Below are positions 11,195 to 21,470 of a DNA stretch of 64,000 nt, piece by piece; position 1 is the stretch's first letter, and every line of letters begins with the position of its first letter. The notes beneath the pieces were generated by a model. The model was not told the DNA's origin and made no database searches. It was given only the letters and a program-made list of their open reading frames with translations. The DNA is from an uncultured cyanobacterium (lineage in GTDB: Bacteria > Cyanobacteriota > Cyanobacteriia > PCC-9006 > JAAUQQ01). Position numbers and translations under genes: made by a program. The stretch is taken from positions 128,001 through 192,000 of the forward strand of contig OY970368.1 of NCBI GenBank assembly GCA_963718615.1, in the 5' to 3' direction.

Positions 11195-12706
11195 CTAGTC
11201 AACAACGACCTGGCCGCGATTTCGCCAGGCTCCATAAAGTTCTACCGGGATACGACGTAAGCTAGGGCTAATCATCAGCACAGTGCCATAACTGAAACTC
11301 AAAAGCAAAAGACCTATCCAGGAAGGAACCCAAGGACCCAAGAATAGCGCAGGTAGCGTTGCTGCCACGAGCAGAACAACATTTTTGTAATCGGGAGAGC
11401 CACATAATTTCGTCAGCCCGTAGTGAATCAGGATATAGCTAGGGATCGTTGAAATCTCAGCAATGCCATAACCCCAGACTCCTAAAAGCGGTAATGCGAC
11501 CAGCGCTGCAGTCCATTGCAACGTTATAAATCCAGCGTTGAATAGTGCAACAGAACGATTATTGGCTGCGGCATAGAGGGTGGACGTATGCAATTCAAAC
11601 ATGGCAGCCATGACCACTCCCGCTGCTACAAAGGGAAAAATCTGTGCACTCATCAGCCATTCCTCTCCAAAGAGCAAAGGAATGAGCCAAGAAGCACAAC
11701 AGGAAAAGGCTGCACAGGCGGGAGCGACCAAAAGGACCTGATAAACCATCCCCTGGCTCAAGGCTGAGCGAATTTTATCGGGTTGTCCTATCAACTTAGC
11801 AAACACCGTAATTGACATTCGACTAAGCACAAAGCGGAAAATCGCCAGTTGCTCAGCAAAACGAATAGCAATACTCACAATCCCTGCCGCTTCAATTCCA
11901 GCAAGGCGAGTCACCAGAAGAGGAACAGTCAAAGCCTTTAGAGAAAGAATCCAGGCGGAGCCGGTGTAACCTAAGCCCCCCTGCAAGGCAGGTCGAATAC
12001 AACCCCGCGTCCATTGCAAACTCATGGGAATCGGCTGATAGCGACGTACCATAAGGGTCACGACCAAGCACTGAAGGGCTAGTCCCCAAATGGGGCCCCA
12101 GTAACCTTTACCAAAAACTGTTGCAGGCAGAAAAATCCCGGCTGTGGACAACCCATCGATAACGTGGGTCTGCAGAGCTGTATTTGAGAGAAACAGAACT
12201 AAGGGAATAGAAAGCGCATAGTTAGAAATTTGGCCAATGGTTTCGGCAAGTCCAATTTCCGTAAACTGAATTTCACGCGACATCTTCATCATCGAGACAT
12301 CACCTATCATTTCAATCCAAAGCGGCAGGGCAAGGAATCGAATCATCCATAAGGTTTCCGGTTGTTTTGTCCATTGAACCAAAACAGGGGCAAGTACCCA
12401 AAGTAGGATCAGCGACAAAATACTCAGAGTATTGAAAAAAGCTAAGACTTGACGGAGTGCGTCATCCGAAAACTCCGATTGACGTACAGCATAGACACCG
12501 ATTCCTAACTTATTTGTCCAAACCAAAAAGAAATAAATCCCTAGACAACTTGCAAGAATCCCATATTGTTCCGGTCCCAGAACCCGAGCAATTATCAGAA
12601 TACTCATCAGTGAACAGCCAGAAGTAACAAGCTGTCGAATGGCGAGGGATACACCACCTTTTAGTACTTTCTTCTTTAGATCTTTATCTAAATTTTGATC
12701 TGACAT
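11195..12706 (-). CDS. wzx: Polysaccharide flippase (Wzx), second copy
   Basis: IIARVLGPEQYGILA, many TM helices, LFGEEWLMSA. Confidence 0.85.
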   Translation of the reverse strand: MSDQNLDKDLKKKVLKGGVSLAIRQLVTSGCSLMSILIIARVLGPEQYGILASCLGIYFFLVWTNKLGIGVYAVRQSEFSDDALRQVLAFFNTLSILSLILLWVLAPVLVQWTKQPETLWMIRFLALPLWIEMIGDVSMMKMSREIQFTEIGLAETIGQISNYALSIPLVLFLSNTALQTHVIDGLSTAGIFLPATVFGKGYWGPIWGLALQCLVVTLMVRRYQPIPMSLQWTRGCIRPALQGGLGYTGSAWILSLKALTVPLLVTRLAGIEAAGIVSIAIRFAEQLAIFRFVLSRMSITVFAKLIGQPDKIRSALSQGMVYQVLLVAPACAAFSCCASWLIPLLFGEEWLMSAQIFPFVAAGVVMAAMFELHTSTLYAAANNRSVALFNAGFITLQWTAALVALPLLGVWGYGIAEISTIPSYILIHYGLTKLCGSPDYKNVVLLVAATLPALFLGPWVPSWIGLLLLSFSYGTVLMISPSLRRIPVELYGAWRNRGQVVVD

Positions 12707-12714
12707 TATTCATT

Positions 12715-12772
12715 ACTAAACCTATAAAGACTAAACCTTTAAAAATTAAACCCTTGAAAAACTAAACCCTTC
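12715..12772. repeat. Degenerate 15-16 bp tandem repeat (x4), intergenic
   Basis: ACTAAACCTATAAAG / ACTAAACCTTTAAAA / ATTAAACCCTTGAAAA / ACTAAACCCTTC. Confidence 0.7.
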
Positions 12773-12787
12773 CATTCAGCTACTGGT

Positions 12788-13948
12788 CTAAGTATTACGC
12801 TGCAACTTGGCGAATTTTGAGTTCATCGAAGAACGTTCAATCGTCCTGAGAATAACTTGTTCATAGTCTTTAATCACAGCATCCCAACTAAAACGAGCAG
12901 CATTACGGCAAGCTCTATCTTCCCAACTCTGGGATAGAACGTCTTGAAGGGCATCGGCATATTCACCTGGATTTGTAACATCACAGAGAATGCCAGCATC
13001 CCCAATCGTATGTCTCCGCATCGGATCCGCAGTGGTCACGACCGGCAGACCACTAGCCATGGCTTCTAAATAAGACAAGGCACAAGGTTCATCAATTGAG
13101 GCAAGGGTGAATAGATCGACACTGCGATAGACTTCTGGCATCTTGTCAAAGCTAAAGGTCCGAATTGCAAATCGTTCTTTGCCCAATAGCTGTTCGCCCA
13201 GCTCTTGATAGTAGAGGCGATCAGGCCCATCTCCACAAATAAGTAGACTGAGATTGGGAAGCTTAGCAACGGCATTGAGCGTGAGGTCTACCCGCTTATG
13301 ATCTGCTTTACAGAGAGAAGCGACGCAGAGTGCGATCGGTCCAGGTAAATTTAAATCGAGACGCAAACCTCTTACTGAAAAACGGTTGAGATCAACCCCA
13401 TTATGAATTACATCCACAGATTGATGGGGATAGTGCTCTCGAACGAAATGAGCAGTTTCTGGAGAAAATACGATAAGACCATCGGGCTGAAACCACAGAT
13501 TTCGTCGGAGAGGTTTGTTATTTGCAAGAGAACCAGTGTGCTGGGTATAAAGCACGGGAGTTCCCTTCAATACTCTAGCCACCGCTGCTACGGCTAATCC
13601 TCCATAGTCATTACAAGGCAATATTAGATCTGGAGGATGGCTGAGAAGTCGCCAAAGGCAGGGTAAAAAGCTGGTTAAATGTTCAACAACAATATCAGGA
13701 TGAGTCGCAATTTTACTTAGAGGATAGGATAGATACAGTTTGTCTAACAGCTTGCGAGCATCTGAACGCGTGATCGCCCAAATACTGTGGGCTTCTGCAC
13801 AGGAGCGATTACTACCAGCTAAAAGCTCGACATCAAAAGAGGAAGAGAGACGTCGAGATATTTCAATAGAAAAGGCTTCCGCACCACCACTATGATTAAT
13901 ACCAGCACTAGGGCTCAGAATTGTAATCCTAGGTTTTGAGTTGACCAT
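12788..13948 (-). CDS. Glycosyltransferase family 4
   Basis: SGGAE, IHNGVD, EPCALSYLEAMASGLPVV, FSWD (GT-B fold). Confidence 0.93.
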   Translation of the reverse strand: MVNSKPRITILSPSAGINHSGGAEAFSIEISRRLSSSFDVELLAGSNRSCAEAHSIWAITRSDARKLLDKLYLSYPLSKIATHPDIVVEHLTSFLPCLWRLLSHPPDLILPCNDYGGLAVAAVARVLKGTPVLYTQHTGSLANNKPLRRNLWFQPDGLIVFSPETAHFVREHYPHQSVDVIHNGVDLNRFSVRGLRLDLNLPGPIALCVASLCKADHKRVDLTLNAVAKLPNLSLLICGDGPDRLYYQELGEQLLGKERFAIRTFSFDKMPEVYRSVDLFTLASIDEPCALSYLEAMASGLPVVTTADPMRRHTIGDAGILCDVTNPGEYADALQDVLSQSWEDRACRNAARFSWDAVIKDYEQVILRTIERSSMNSKFAKLQRNT

Positions 13949-14043
13949 AAAATTTGTAAATCACTAGAAAAGCAGAAAGTCTAAATATAAATGTTGACGA
14001 AAAAATAAAATCCTTAAACATTGTACTTTTTTAGGATACAGAT

Positions 14044-15492
14044 TTAAGGAACAGGCTGAAGAACTTGAGCGGTCGTCTTCTGAGGAGTAAGAGTCCAGTC
14101 CCAGGAAACTACCGAGGCTAGCAGCCAGAAATAGAAGAACAAAGTAGTATGAGTCCAAATATTATCCGTTAACATTCCTGTTGCTAGAGACATCCAAATT
14201 GCTAGTACGGTCAATCCTAAGCTTCTCTGATTAGCAGGCAGTTTTTTATTACTGGCGATCAAAGCCAAGCGCAGCGCAACACCACCTAAAAGCAAGAGAA
14301 ACAAAACAAATCCAACGACACCTCCTTCAACCAATGCCCGTACATAATCATTATGAGCATAATTTTGATAGATAGTCAGTGAAGACGCTGTCGCAAGACC
14401 ATAGCCCAAAAAAGGATGCTTCGCCCAAGCCTGTAGCAAAAATGTCCATTGAGTCAATCGCCAGTTAAAGCTGTTGCCATCCCACTGCCCCATCAACACC
14501 GCACGAGATAGATCCATGTCTGAATTAAGCAATGGCGTATCTCCGATTGAGGCCAGTCGTTCTCTACCAAATTCAGTAGAGGCAAAAAGCAAGAGCAGCG
14601 TTGCCGAGAGCAGGATAGCTCCCAACGCATTGGCCACGTTGAGTCGTGGAACAATAAAAACGATAAGAAATGCACCAAACATCACTAAACCGGTTAAAGC
14701 CTTTGTGGTCACCAAGAAAAAGATAAGGATGAGCAATAGTATGGTCCAGCCTAACTTTTGATGTGAGGCCAATATCTGCCAAAGCGTGAGTCCAATAAAT
14801 AAAACCAAAAACGATGCAAACGTTGCTGGATGGCCTAGCGTTCCATTCACACGAGAGCCAATTTCAAAACCAACTCCGGTATTAGTAAACAATAAAAAAG
14901 AAGGCAGAAGCGAAGGTGGTAAAATAGCTTGCAACAAACCAGCAGTGAGCGGAGCGGCCAAGCTAAGGAACAGTATTTTTAAAACTTTTTCTGGCCGAAT
15001 CTTATCCCGTAGCTGAGAGATTAGAAGATAAATGACAAGCCAAGATGCCATCCGAATCCATTCCCTTAGGGCATCAGAAATCGAAACGGGACTGGGCCCT
15101 AAGCCACCTAAAGGAATCAAGAGAATCCAAACGAATTGAAGCGCAATCCAACCACCAAAGAATAAAAATAATCCGTCAATTTTAATCGGTTTTTTGAGAA
15201 GGATAAGAATAGCAAGATAGAGTACAGCAACCAGATCTAGGGCAACCGCAAAGATTGCAGGAAGTTGCTGCTCGGAAAAAATATCCAGAGAGCTGCGCAC
15301 AATCAACAAGCTAAGGATTGTGATCTCAAATTTAAAAACCAAGCTGAGGGAGACTAAAAGAGCCGCTAAACCTGCGATCGCAAAGAATGGTTCTGAGCTA
15401 CCCAAAAAACTAATAACTAACCCTACCACTAACGAGAGAGCAGCTATTAAGGGAATCGCCAAAACAGTTTTTGAGAGTGAATTGTTGAGCAT
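14044..15492 (-). CDS. O-antigen ligase/polymerase family (Wzy_C) membrane protein
   Basis: Multi-TM protein with RVNGTLGHP, SFNWRLTQW, PFLGYG and AHNDYVRALVEGG motifs; adjacent to the Wzc-like gene. Confidence 0.85.
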   Translation of the reverse strand: MLNNSLSKTVLAIPLIAALSLVVGLVISFLGSSEPFFAIAGLAALLVSLSLVFKFEITILSLLIVRSSLDIFSEQQLPAIFAVALDLVAVLYLAILILLKKPIKIDGLFLFFGGWIALQFVWILLIPLGGLGPSPVSISDALREWIRMASWLVIYLLISQLRDKIRPEKVLKILFLSLAAPLTAGLLQAILPPSLLPSFLLFTNTGVGFEIGSRVNGTLGHPATFASFLVLFIGLTLWQILASHQKLGWTILLLILIFFLVTTKALTGLVMFGAFLIVFIVPRLNVANALGAILLSATLLLLFASTEFGRERLASIGDTPLLNSDMDLSRAVLMGQWDGNSFNWRLTQWTFLLQAWAKHPFLGYGLATASSLTIYQNYAHNDYVRALVEGGVVGFVLFLLLLGGVALRLALIASNKKLPANQRSLGLTVLAIWMSLATGMLTDNIWTHTTLFFYFWLLASVVSWDWTLTPQKTTAQVLQPVP

Positions 15493-15647
15493 TTTAACCT
15501 CACACCAGATGACTCAAAGTTAATACATTAGTATCAACGGCTTGGCAATAGAAAAACCTCAGCAAATTGGGTCGAAAAGGCTGATACCTTTGTGAGGCTT
15601 TCTCTCGAAAAAACGCTCAATCTTCTGGGCTAAAACCACAGCGAGCA

Positions 15648-17825
15648 CTACCGTGCTGTAAATTGATTAGAACCAAACAGCTTCACTTCGCTTGACTGAC
15701 CAAATTTTAGACCTCCTTTGCCGGTCGTCTTAATCTTAGGTAGTTTTCGAGTTTCGTTAACGACAATTCCAGCAATAGGTATTTGGTTGGCCCGCAAATT
15801 CTGCATTGCATCAACCATCGTATCTTTTACCGTATGGTTAGGTCTCACGACAAAGAGAACTCCATTGGAATACTGACCCATCGTCGTTGCATCAGAAGAT
15901 TGCGCCACAGGGGCAGCATCAATCAAAACCAAATCATAATACTTCGAGGCTTCTTCCACTAGAGACTTCATTCCAGCAGACTCGATTACAGTCGAGGGCC
16001 TACTCATTAATTCGCCACAGGGTAGGATATCGAGATTATCCAGTCCGCTTGGCTGTACTGCCTCTTGTAGTGTCACTTGCCCCTGAATAACATGGGCTAA
16101 ACCAACCGTTGAGGCGATCGGGAATAGCTCGCTTTGGAGTGGTTGTAGCAAGTCGGCATCAATAATAAGGGTGCGACGAGAAAGCATGGATGCCACAGCG
16201 GCAAGCCGAGCTACAACATCTGATTTACCCTCACTTTCTACTGTGCTAGTTACAACCAATACTTGAGCCTTACCATGGGGAGTAGAACCTAATACTGTTC
16301 TCAGTTCTATATTTTTGAGTAATCGACGATGCGGTTCAACCACTTCAGGAGAGTTCAAAAAATTTTCTAGCGGAAACTCTTCGTCGCTCCGAAGCAAATG
16401 AGCTTGCTGCTTGGGCAAAATACCCAGAACCGTTGCTTCAGTCGAACTTTCGATTTCTTGTGTATTGCGGACTGTATTGTTAAGAGCCTCTAGCAAAATT
16501 ACGACTGAGCTGGCTAATACTGCACCTCCGGCGATCGCTAAGGCTAAAACGACAGACAGTTTCGGATCGCTTGGTTCACCTGGCACCTCGGCCATGCCGA
16601 TAATTCGGACGTTGCTCAATAATTGAGCCTCAGCGATCTTAGCTTCCTGCAACTTACCTTGTAATAGATCTAGATTCTTTTGAATTTCAGTGCGCGCCCG
16701 CTCAATATTTTCAAGACGCTGTCTTCGACTGGGAACAGTAGCCAATTGAGTTTGTAAGAACTGACGATTTTTCTTAAGTAGTTCTAAATGATTGTCGAAA
16801 GCAGAGCTTTCGATCGTATTCAAAACATACCGAGAAATTAAATCTTGACTTAGCTGATCCTTAGCTTCTAAACCAGCAGGAATCGTCTTGAGAGAAGGAA
16901 CTAATTGAGATAATCGATTGGAATAGAGAGATTGCAGATCATTACGCTGTTGCAGCAAAGACTGAACCTGAGGATGCTGATCCTGAAACTTAGCGCGCGC
17001 AGCAATCACTTGAGTTTCAAGGTCAGTCAACCGAGTCTTCAGCGCATTCAGCTCGGGATCTTGACCGACACGAGAGGCAACATAGGCCCACTCAGGTGAC
17101 TGAAAGCCAGTCATTTGGCGTAGAAGGTTACCACGGGTTTTAGACTCTTGCAACTGGCCAGCAAGTGTACGCTCTTGATCTTGAATTTGCGATAGATTGT
17201 CCAAAAGTTTAGCAGTTTGTCCTTCGACATCAACAATGCCGTTCTCTTCACGAAATTTCGTTTCGAGAACTTCTGTCGCCTGGAGTTTAGCCTGTTCTTG
17301 TGGAATTTGCTGTTCTAAAAACTGGCGAATTGAGGAAGCTTCACTCCGAATATCTTCCGAACTTTGGGCAACAACCTCACCCGCAATCCGGTTAAGCAAA
17401 CTGGAGGTCAGCTTAGGATTACTATTTTTATAACTAATCTCAAGAATATTAGTAGCCGGAAGCACTGAAACGTCTAGATCCTGACTCAGGGTCCAAGGGT
17501 CCGGAAGTTGACTGGGATCGATACCTGAGGCCAAGGCTTCTTGCTGTAAAGCCTGATTCAGGACCCGTTGGGACTTCACCAATTCAGCTTGGGTTGCCAT
17601 AGGATCCGTGCTATTGGAAAACCGACCAGGGGGAGCCGTCAGGGCTTGACCAATCGCCGAAACGCTCACTTCTGGTTCTTCAACGGAAAGGCGTACAGAG
17701 GACTGATACGTTGGAGTAGCAGTTAATAAGTATAAAGCGGCTCCTCCCATGACAGAGGCAAACGCAAGAACCGCAGGAAACCAGTGACGCTTTATAGGGG
17801 GCAATACAGATGAAATCTGGTCCAT
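15648..17825 (-). CDS. wzc: Polysaccharide co-polymerase/BY-kinase-like (Wzc/GumC family)
   Basis: N-terminal TM + PTYQS, long coiled coil, second TM, then EGKS, IIDADL and LIDAAP motifs. Confidence 0.88.
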   Translation of the reverse strand: MDQISSVLPPIKRHWFPAVLAFASVMGGAALYLLTATPTYQSSVRLSVEEPEVSVSAIGQALTAPPGRFSNSTDPMATQAELVKSQRVLNQALQQEALASGIDPSQLPDPWTLSQDLDVSVLPATNILEISYKNSNPKLTSSLLNRIAGEVVAQSSEDIRSEASSIRQFLEQQIPQEQAKLQATEVLETKFREENGIVDVEGQTAKLLDNLSQIQDQERTLAGQLQESKTRGNLLRQMTGFQSPEWAYVASRVGQDPELNALKTRLTDLETQVIAARAKFQDQHPQVQSLLQQRNDLQSLYSNRLSQLVPSLKTIPAGLEAKDQLSQDLISRYVLNTIESSAFDNHLELLKKNRQFLQTQLATVPSRRQRLENIERARTEIQKNLDLLQGKLQEAKIAEAQLLSNVRIIGMAEVPGEPSDPKLSVVLALAIAGGAVLASSVVILLEALNNTVRNTQEIESSTEATVLGILPKQQAHLLRSDEEFPLENFLNSPEVVEPHRRLLKNIELRTVLGSTPHGKAQVLVVTSTVESEGKSDVVARLAAVASMLSRRTLIIDADLLQPLQSELFPIASTVGLAHVIQGQVTLQEAVQPSGLDNLDILPCGELMSRPSTVIESAGMKSLVEEASKYYDLVLIDAAPVAQSSDATTMGQYSNGVLFVVRPNHTVKDTMVDAMQNLRANQIPIAGIVVNETRKLPKIKTTGKGGLKFGQSSEVKLFGSNQFTAR

Positions 17826-17887
17826 AGTAATTTAGGCAGGAATAATGCGATTGACCTGATGGATTTAATGCATAACGGGTCGGTGAA

Positions 17888-19099
17888 CTACCCCCCAGAC
17901 ACAGAAACTTTGTTTTTCTGTGTAATTATTCCCTGAGGCTCGGCAATTATAACGGCTTTGCTAACCCCTGAAGAGCCCAGCAACATAGCATGCAGTTGGA
18001 GACTGTCACCGACGACCCTTTCCCAACTGTAGTGCTTGCGAACATAGGTTTGCGCATGAAGAGCCATTTCTGCCATCTCGCTTGGATGCGTCATAGCCCA
18101 GGATAGCTTACTTATACAGTCGTCTATGTCACCGGCCCGGAAAGTAAGACCGCGTAGGTCCCCTAAAAGTTGCTGATGTGGAGGGATGTCACTAGCAACA
18201 ATCGGTTTTCCCTCCTGCATGGCTTCTAACATGGCGAGCGGCAGTCCTTCAATGTCGGAAGGGAGCACAAAGAGACCTGCACCACGAATCACTTCCGCGA
18301 GGAAACGCCCTTTCAGAACACCGGTCAAGATGATGTTGGGATTATCGCCAGCCAAACTCAGTAGATGGTTTTGGAAGGCAGGAGTATCACTACTGCCCCC
18401 GACGATCGCGAGTTTCCAGCCCTGATTCTTTAACCGCTGAAAGGCTTGAATCAAAAGATCGGGACATTTCTCCGGCACAAGGCGACCTAAGAAGACTAAA
18501 TATTTACCCGGCTCTAACCCCAGGCTTCGACCAAACGCAAAGTCAGAATCCGAGGGAGCATACTGAGCTGGCCCATTAGGGATATAAATCGTTTCACGAC
18601 CGTGGGTTGTCCAAAAGTAGCGTCTGAGCTCTTTAGAGACCACTACGATTTCGTCGGCGTACCGCACTGCCAATTTTTCACCTAAACGAATCAGAAAGCT
18701 AGAGAGCTTACCCCATTTGACTCGCTGCCAATCTAGGCCATGGCAGAAAACGACGACTTTACACTGGCGTGCTAGATGAGGCAGCCAGCTAAATAATGCG
18801 GGGCCTAACGCATGAATATGAACAACATCGTATTGGCGGCCCAGACTTGCCAAAGCGCCTAATCCAGAACTAACAATTGCATCAGCGCCTTTAATGCCGG
18901 GTGGGGAGGGTAAAGAGACGACCCGAACACCGCAAAAGTCGTACTCTTCAAAAGACTGTAAATCGATATAGGATGAGCGGGCGTACAAATCCACTGAATG
19001 GCCTGCTGCCACCATCCGAGGATAGACCTCTGCGCAGTAGTGCTCGATCCCCCCTTGGCCTGGTGGTAAACCTTTAGCTCCAATAACAGCAATTTTCAT
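17888..19099 (-). CDS. Glycosyltransferase family 4
   Basis: MKIAVIGAKGLPPGQGGIE, GRLVPEK, EGLPLAMLEAM, YSWE. The ATG at 19099 is preferred as start. Confidence 0.95.
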   Translation of the reverse strand: MKIAVIGAKGLPPGQGGIEHYCAEVYPRMVAAGHSVDLYARSSYIDLQSFEEYDFCGVRVVSLPSPPGIKGADAIVSSGLGALASLGRQYDVVHIHALGPALFSWLPHLARQCKVVVFCHGLDWQRVKWGKLSSFLIRLGEKLAVRYADEIVVVSKELRRYFWTTHGRETIYIPNGPAQYAPSDSDFAFGRSLGLEPGKYLVFLGRLVPEKCPDLLIQAFQRLKNQGWKLAIVGGSSDTPAFQNHLLSLAGDNPNIILTGVLKGRFLAEVIRGAGLFVLPSDIEGLPLAMLEAMQEGKPIVASDIPPHQQLLGDLRGLTFRAGDIDDCISKLSWAMTHPSEMAEMALHAQTYVRKHYSWERVVGDSLQLHAMLLGSSGVSKAVIIAEPQGIITQKNKVSVSGG

Positions 19100-19153
19100 T
19101 TCAGCGCACCTCAACTGCGTTTAGATCTAGCAACTGAAAACCTAGGGAAGGGA

Positions 19154-20380
19154 CTAGGAGGGCAAGTGGGTTTTCCATTGGAGCCACATTTGTTCATACA
19201 GTTCACCGACAACTTGCTTAGCCTGGTAGGGCTTGGCATCGAGCACACAGGCAGATGCGGGATAGAGCTCGGGATGCTCTAACACCTGAGACAGCGCATG
19301 GGCGATCGCCTCAGGCGTACGTTCATCACAAACAATGCCACTTTTCTCCGACAGTAGTTTCGGAGTCTCCCCACAACGGGTGCTAACCACCGGGGTCCCA
19401 CAGGCAAGGGCTTCGAGAACGACGAGGGGTAAGCCTTCGTACTGGCTAGTGAGTGCACAAACCTGAGCAATTTGATGAAGTTGAATCAGCTCCTCTTGGG
19501 GGACTGCCCCCAAAAAACTGACCGCAGAGGCGACGCCAAGACGCTGGGCTTCCGCCTCAGCCGCCTCTCGCAATTCGCCATCCCCCGCAATTAAGAGGTG
19601 GACATGGGGAATACGAATCTGTGCCAAGGATTGGATCAGCAGCAAGGGATCTTTTTGAGGATGAAGGCGTCCCGCGAATAAAATATATTGCGTATTTAAC
19701 GGAAGACCCAAACGCTGAGAAAAGGCGTAACGTGTGGTTTCCTCAATCTCTGGGGGAAGCGGCTTGAATAAATCGTTGTCTACCGTATTTCGAACTAATG
19801 CCACCCGGTGGGCAAGATCGGGGTAGCGATCGCAATAAAATTGCTTGGACTCAGAGTTGCAGGATAAAATTTGACTAAAGCCAGGCAGCAAAAACCGCTC
19901 TAGGGCAAGATAAGCCTGGGGCAGTTTACGCCAAAGAATTCCAGCCGTTTCTTGCTTATCCCCCGGTTGGCGGGTGCTCATGACTTGGCGATGAATGTCG
20001 TTATGGACAAACAGCGTTTTTTTCCCTGACCATCGCAGAGCCGCCAGACCCGGCTCCAAACGATGGAAATGCATGAAATCTGAGGCCAAATGCTTCTTCA
20101 TCAGCGCCAGCGTGTAGCGCAGCGTGGTGGGAATCCAGTGACGACGATTGTCGTCTTCAATGTAGAACAGCGGCATGAAGAGAACCTCGCGCCCCTTGAG
20201 CTGGTTTTCATGCCAGACACCGGTTTTTAGGGTGCGATCGCTAGTTATCCCCACCACACGCAAGCGAAAGTCCTCGGGTGCGTATTTGAGGCAGGAACCA
20301 ATAATCGTTTGAATTCCCCCAATCGTCGCATTCCAGGGATCATACTGATAAAAAATTGTTAATACGGGCTTACGCATCAC
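19154..20380 (-). CDS. Glycosyltransferase family 4
   Basis: IGGIQT, FAGRLHPQKD, EGLPLVVLEALACGTPVV. Confidence 0.95.
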   Translation of the reverse strand: MMRKPVLTIFYQYDPWNATIGGIQTIIGSCLKYAPEDFRLRVVGITSDRTLKTGVWHENQLKGREVLFMPLFYIEDDNRRHWIPTTLRYTLALMKKHLASDFMHFHRLEPGLAALRWSGKKTLFVHNDIHRQVMSTRQPGDKQETAGILWRKLPQAYLALERFLLPGFSQILSCNSESKQFYCDRYPDLAHRVALVRNTVDNDLFKPLPPEIEETTRYAFSQRLGLPLNTQYILFAGRLHPQKDPLLLIQSLAQIRIPHVHLLIAGDGELREAAEAEAQRLGVASAVSFLGAVPQEELIQLHQIAQVCALTSQYEGLPLVVLEALACGTPVVSTRCGETPKLLSEKSGIVCDERTPEAIAHALSQVLEHPELYPASACVLDAKPYQAKQVVGELYEQMWLQWKTHLPS

Positions 20381-21470
20381 TTACTCCGGTTAACGGTCTT
20401 GCTGATTGCCGCAACAGAAGTAGCTGCCAAAACAACTCCCGACTCTTGCTTCTTCGGAGTACAGGTCCCAAAACACTTGCTTGAGGCTCGTAGAAAACCA
20501 TATATATTCAAATATAAAACCCAATAAAACTGCGATTACTGCTTCCAAGGTGTGCTGGCTCTTAGAGGTTTCTCAGTGTGACTAGAGACCTTTAGAGCAA
20601 CATGTTCAAGCAACGGGTCCGGGCAACGGGTTCGAGCCATGTGACTGAGGACGGCTGAACTGAGTCACCCCATTGACTGAACCGACTGGAACTAGTTAAG
20701 CAGTCAAGCAGCCACAATTTTGTTCATCAAGTCACCGAGTTTGCAGAGCTGGCAGCATCATGACGTTCCTCTCGCAGGCTGCGACTTTATACCGCATTAT
20801 TCTATCGACCATTGAAGCAGGTACGGTCTACACAACTCCAGGCTTGACCATTTCTTATACAGGAGGACCTCCTGTATGAGACTTTTGTAAAGGAGAAGCA
20901 AGATTTGCGTGATTTTACCTCTCGCATAGGCTAAATATCTCCACCAAAGCCAAGTTGGGATACACGGGTCTAGGCTCATAACCTGGATCAGTCTAAAATT
21001 TGAACACTCAAGTTTAAGTACCCTTTAAGAATAGAAAGACGAATATGTAGCCCAGATAAAGCCCAACCAGATCTGGGTCAACCCTAGGGAACTGCCGATG
21101 CTTGCAGGTATAATCTGGTGCGGACTCATTGCCTACATGACTTTGTTTCCTAGACCTATGGCTTGTCTAGCCATAATTCTTTGAAGTAAACCTCAAGTGA
21201 ACTGGGTATTTTAGATTTAGCATCTTTAGCTTTCCCATAGGTTACCCATAGAGAGAGCAAGTCTTAAAGCCCCAATGGCTATTTTTGTAATTTTGTCAAT
21301 CTATTGATTTTCAGCAATCCCTATGGGGGCTGATCTTTGATTGAATCTTGACACTCGCATCGCTGGGCAATCCTTTAGCAAGGAGGAAGCCGCTTAGGTT
21401 GAACACATTATTGAACATAGAAACTTTAGACTACCTAGCTATCGAGTAAATTTCGGGAGATTTATTTTCT

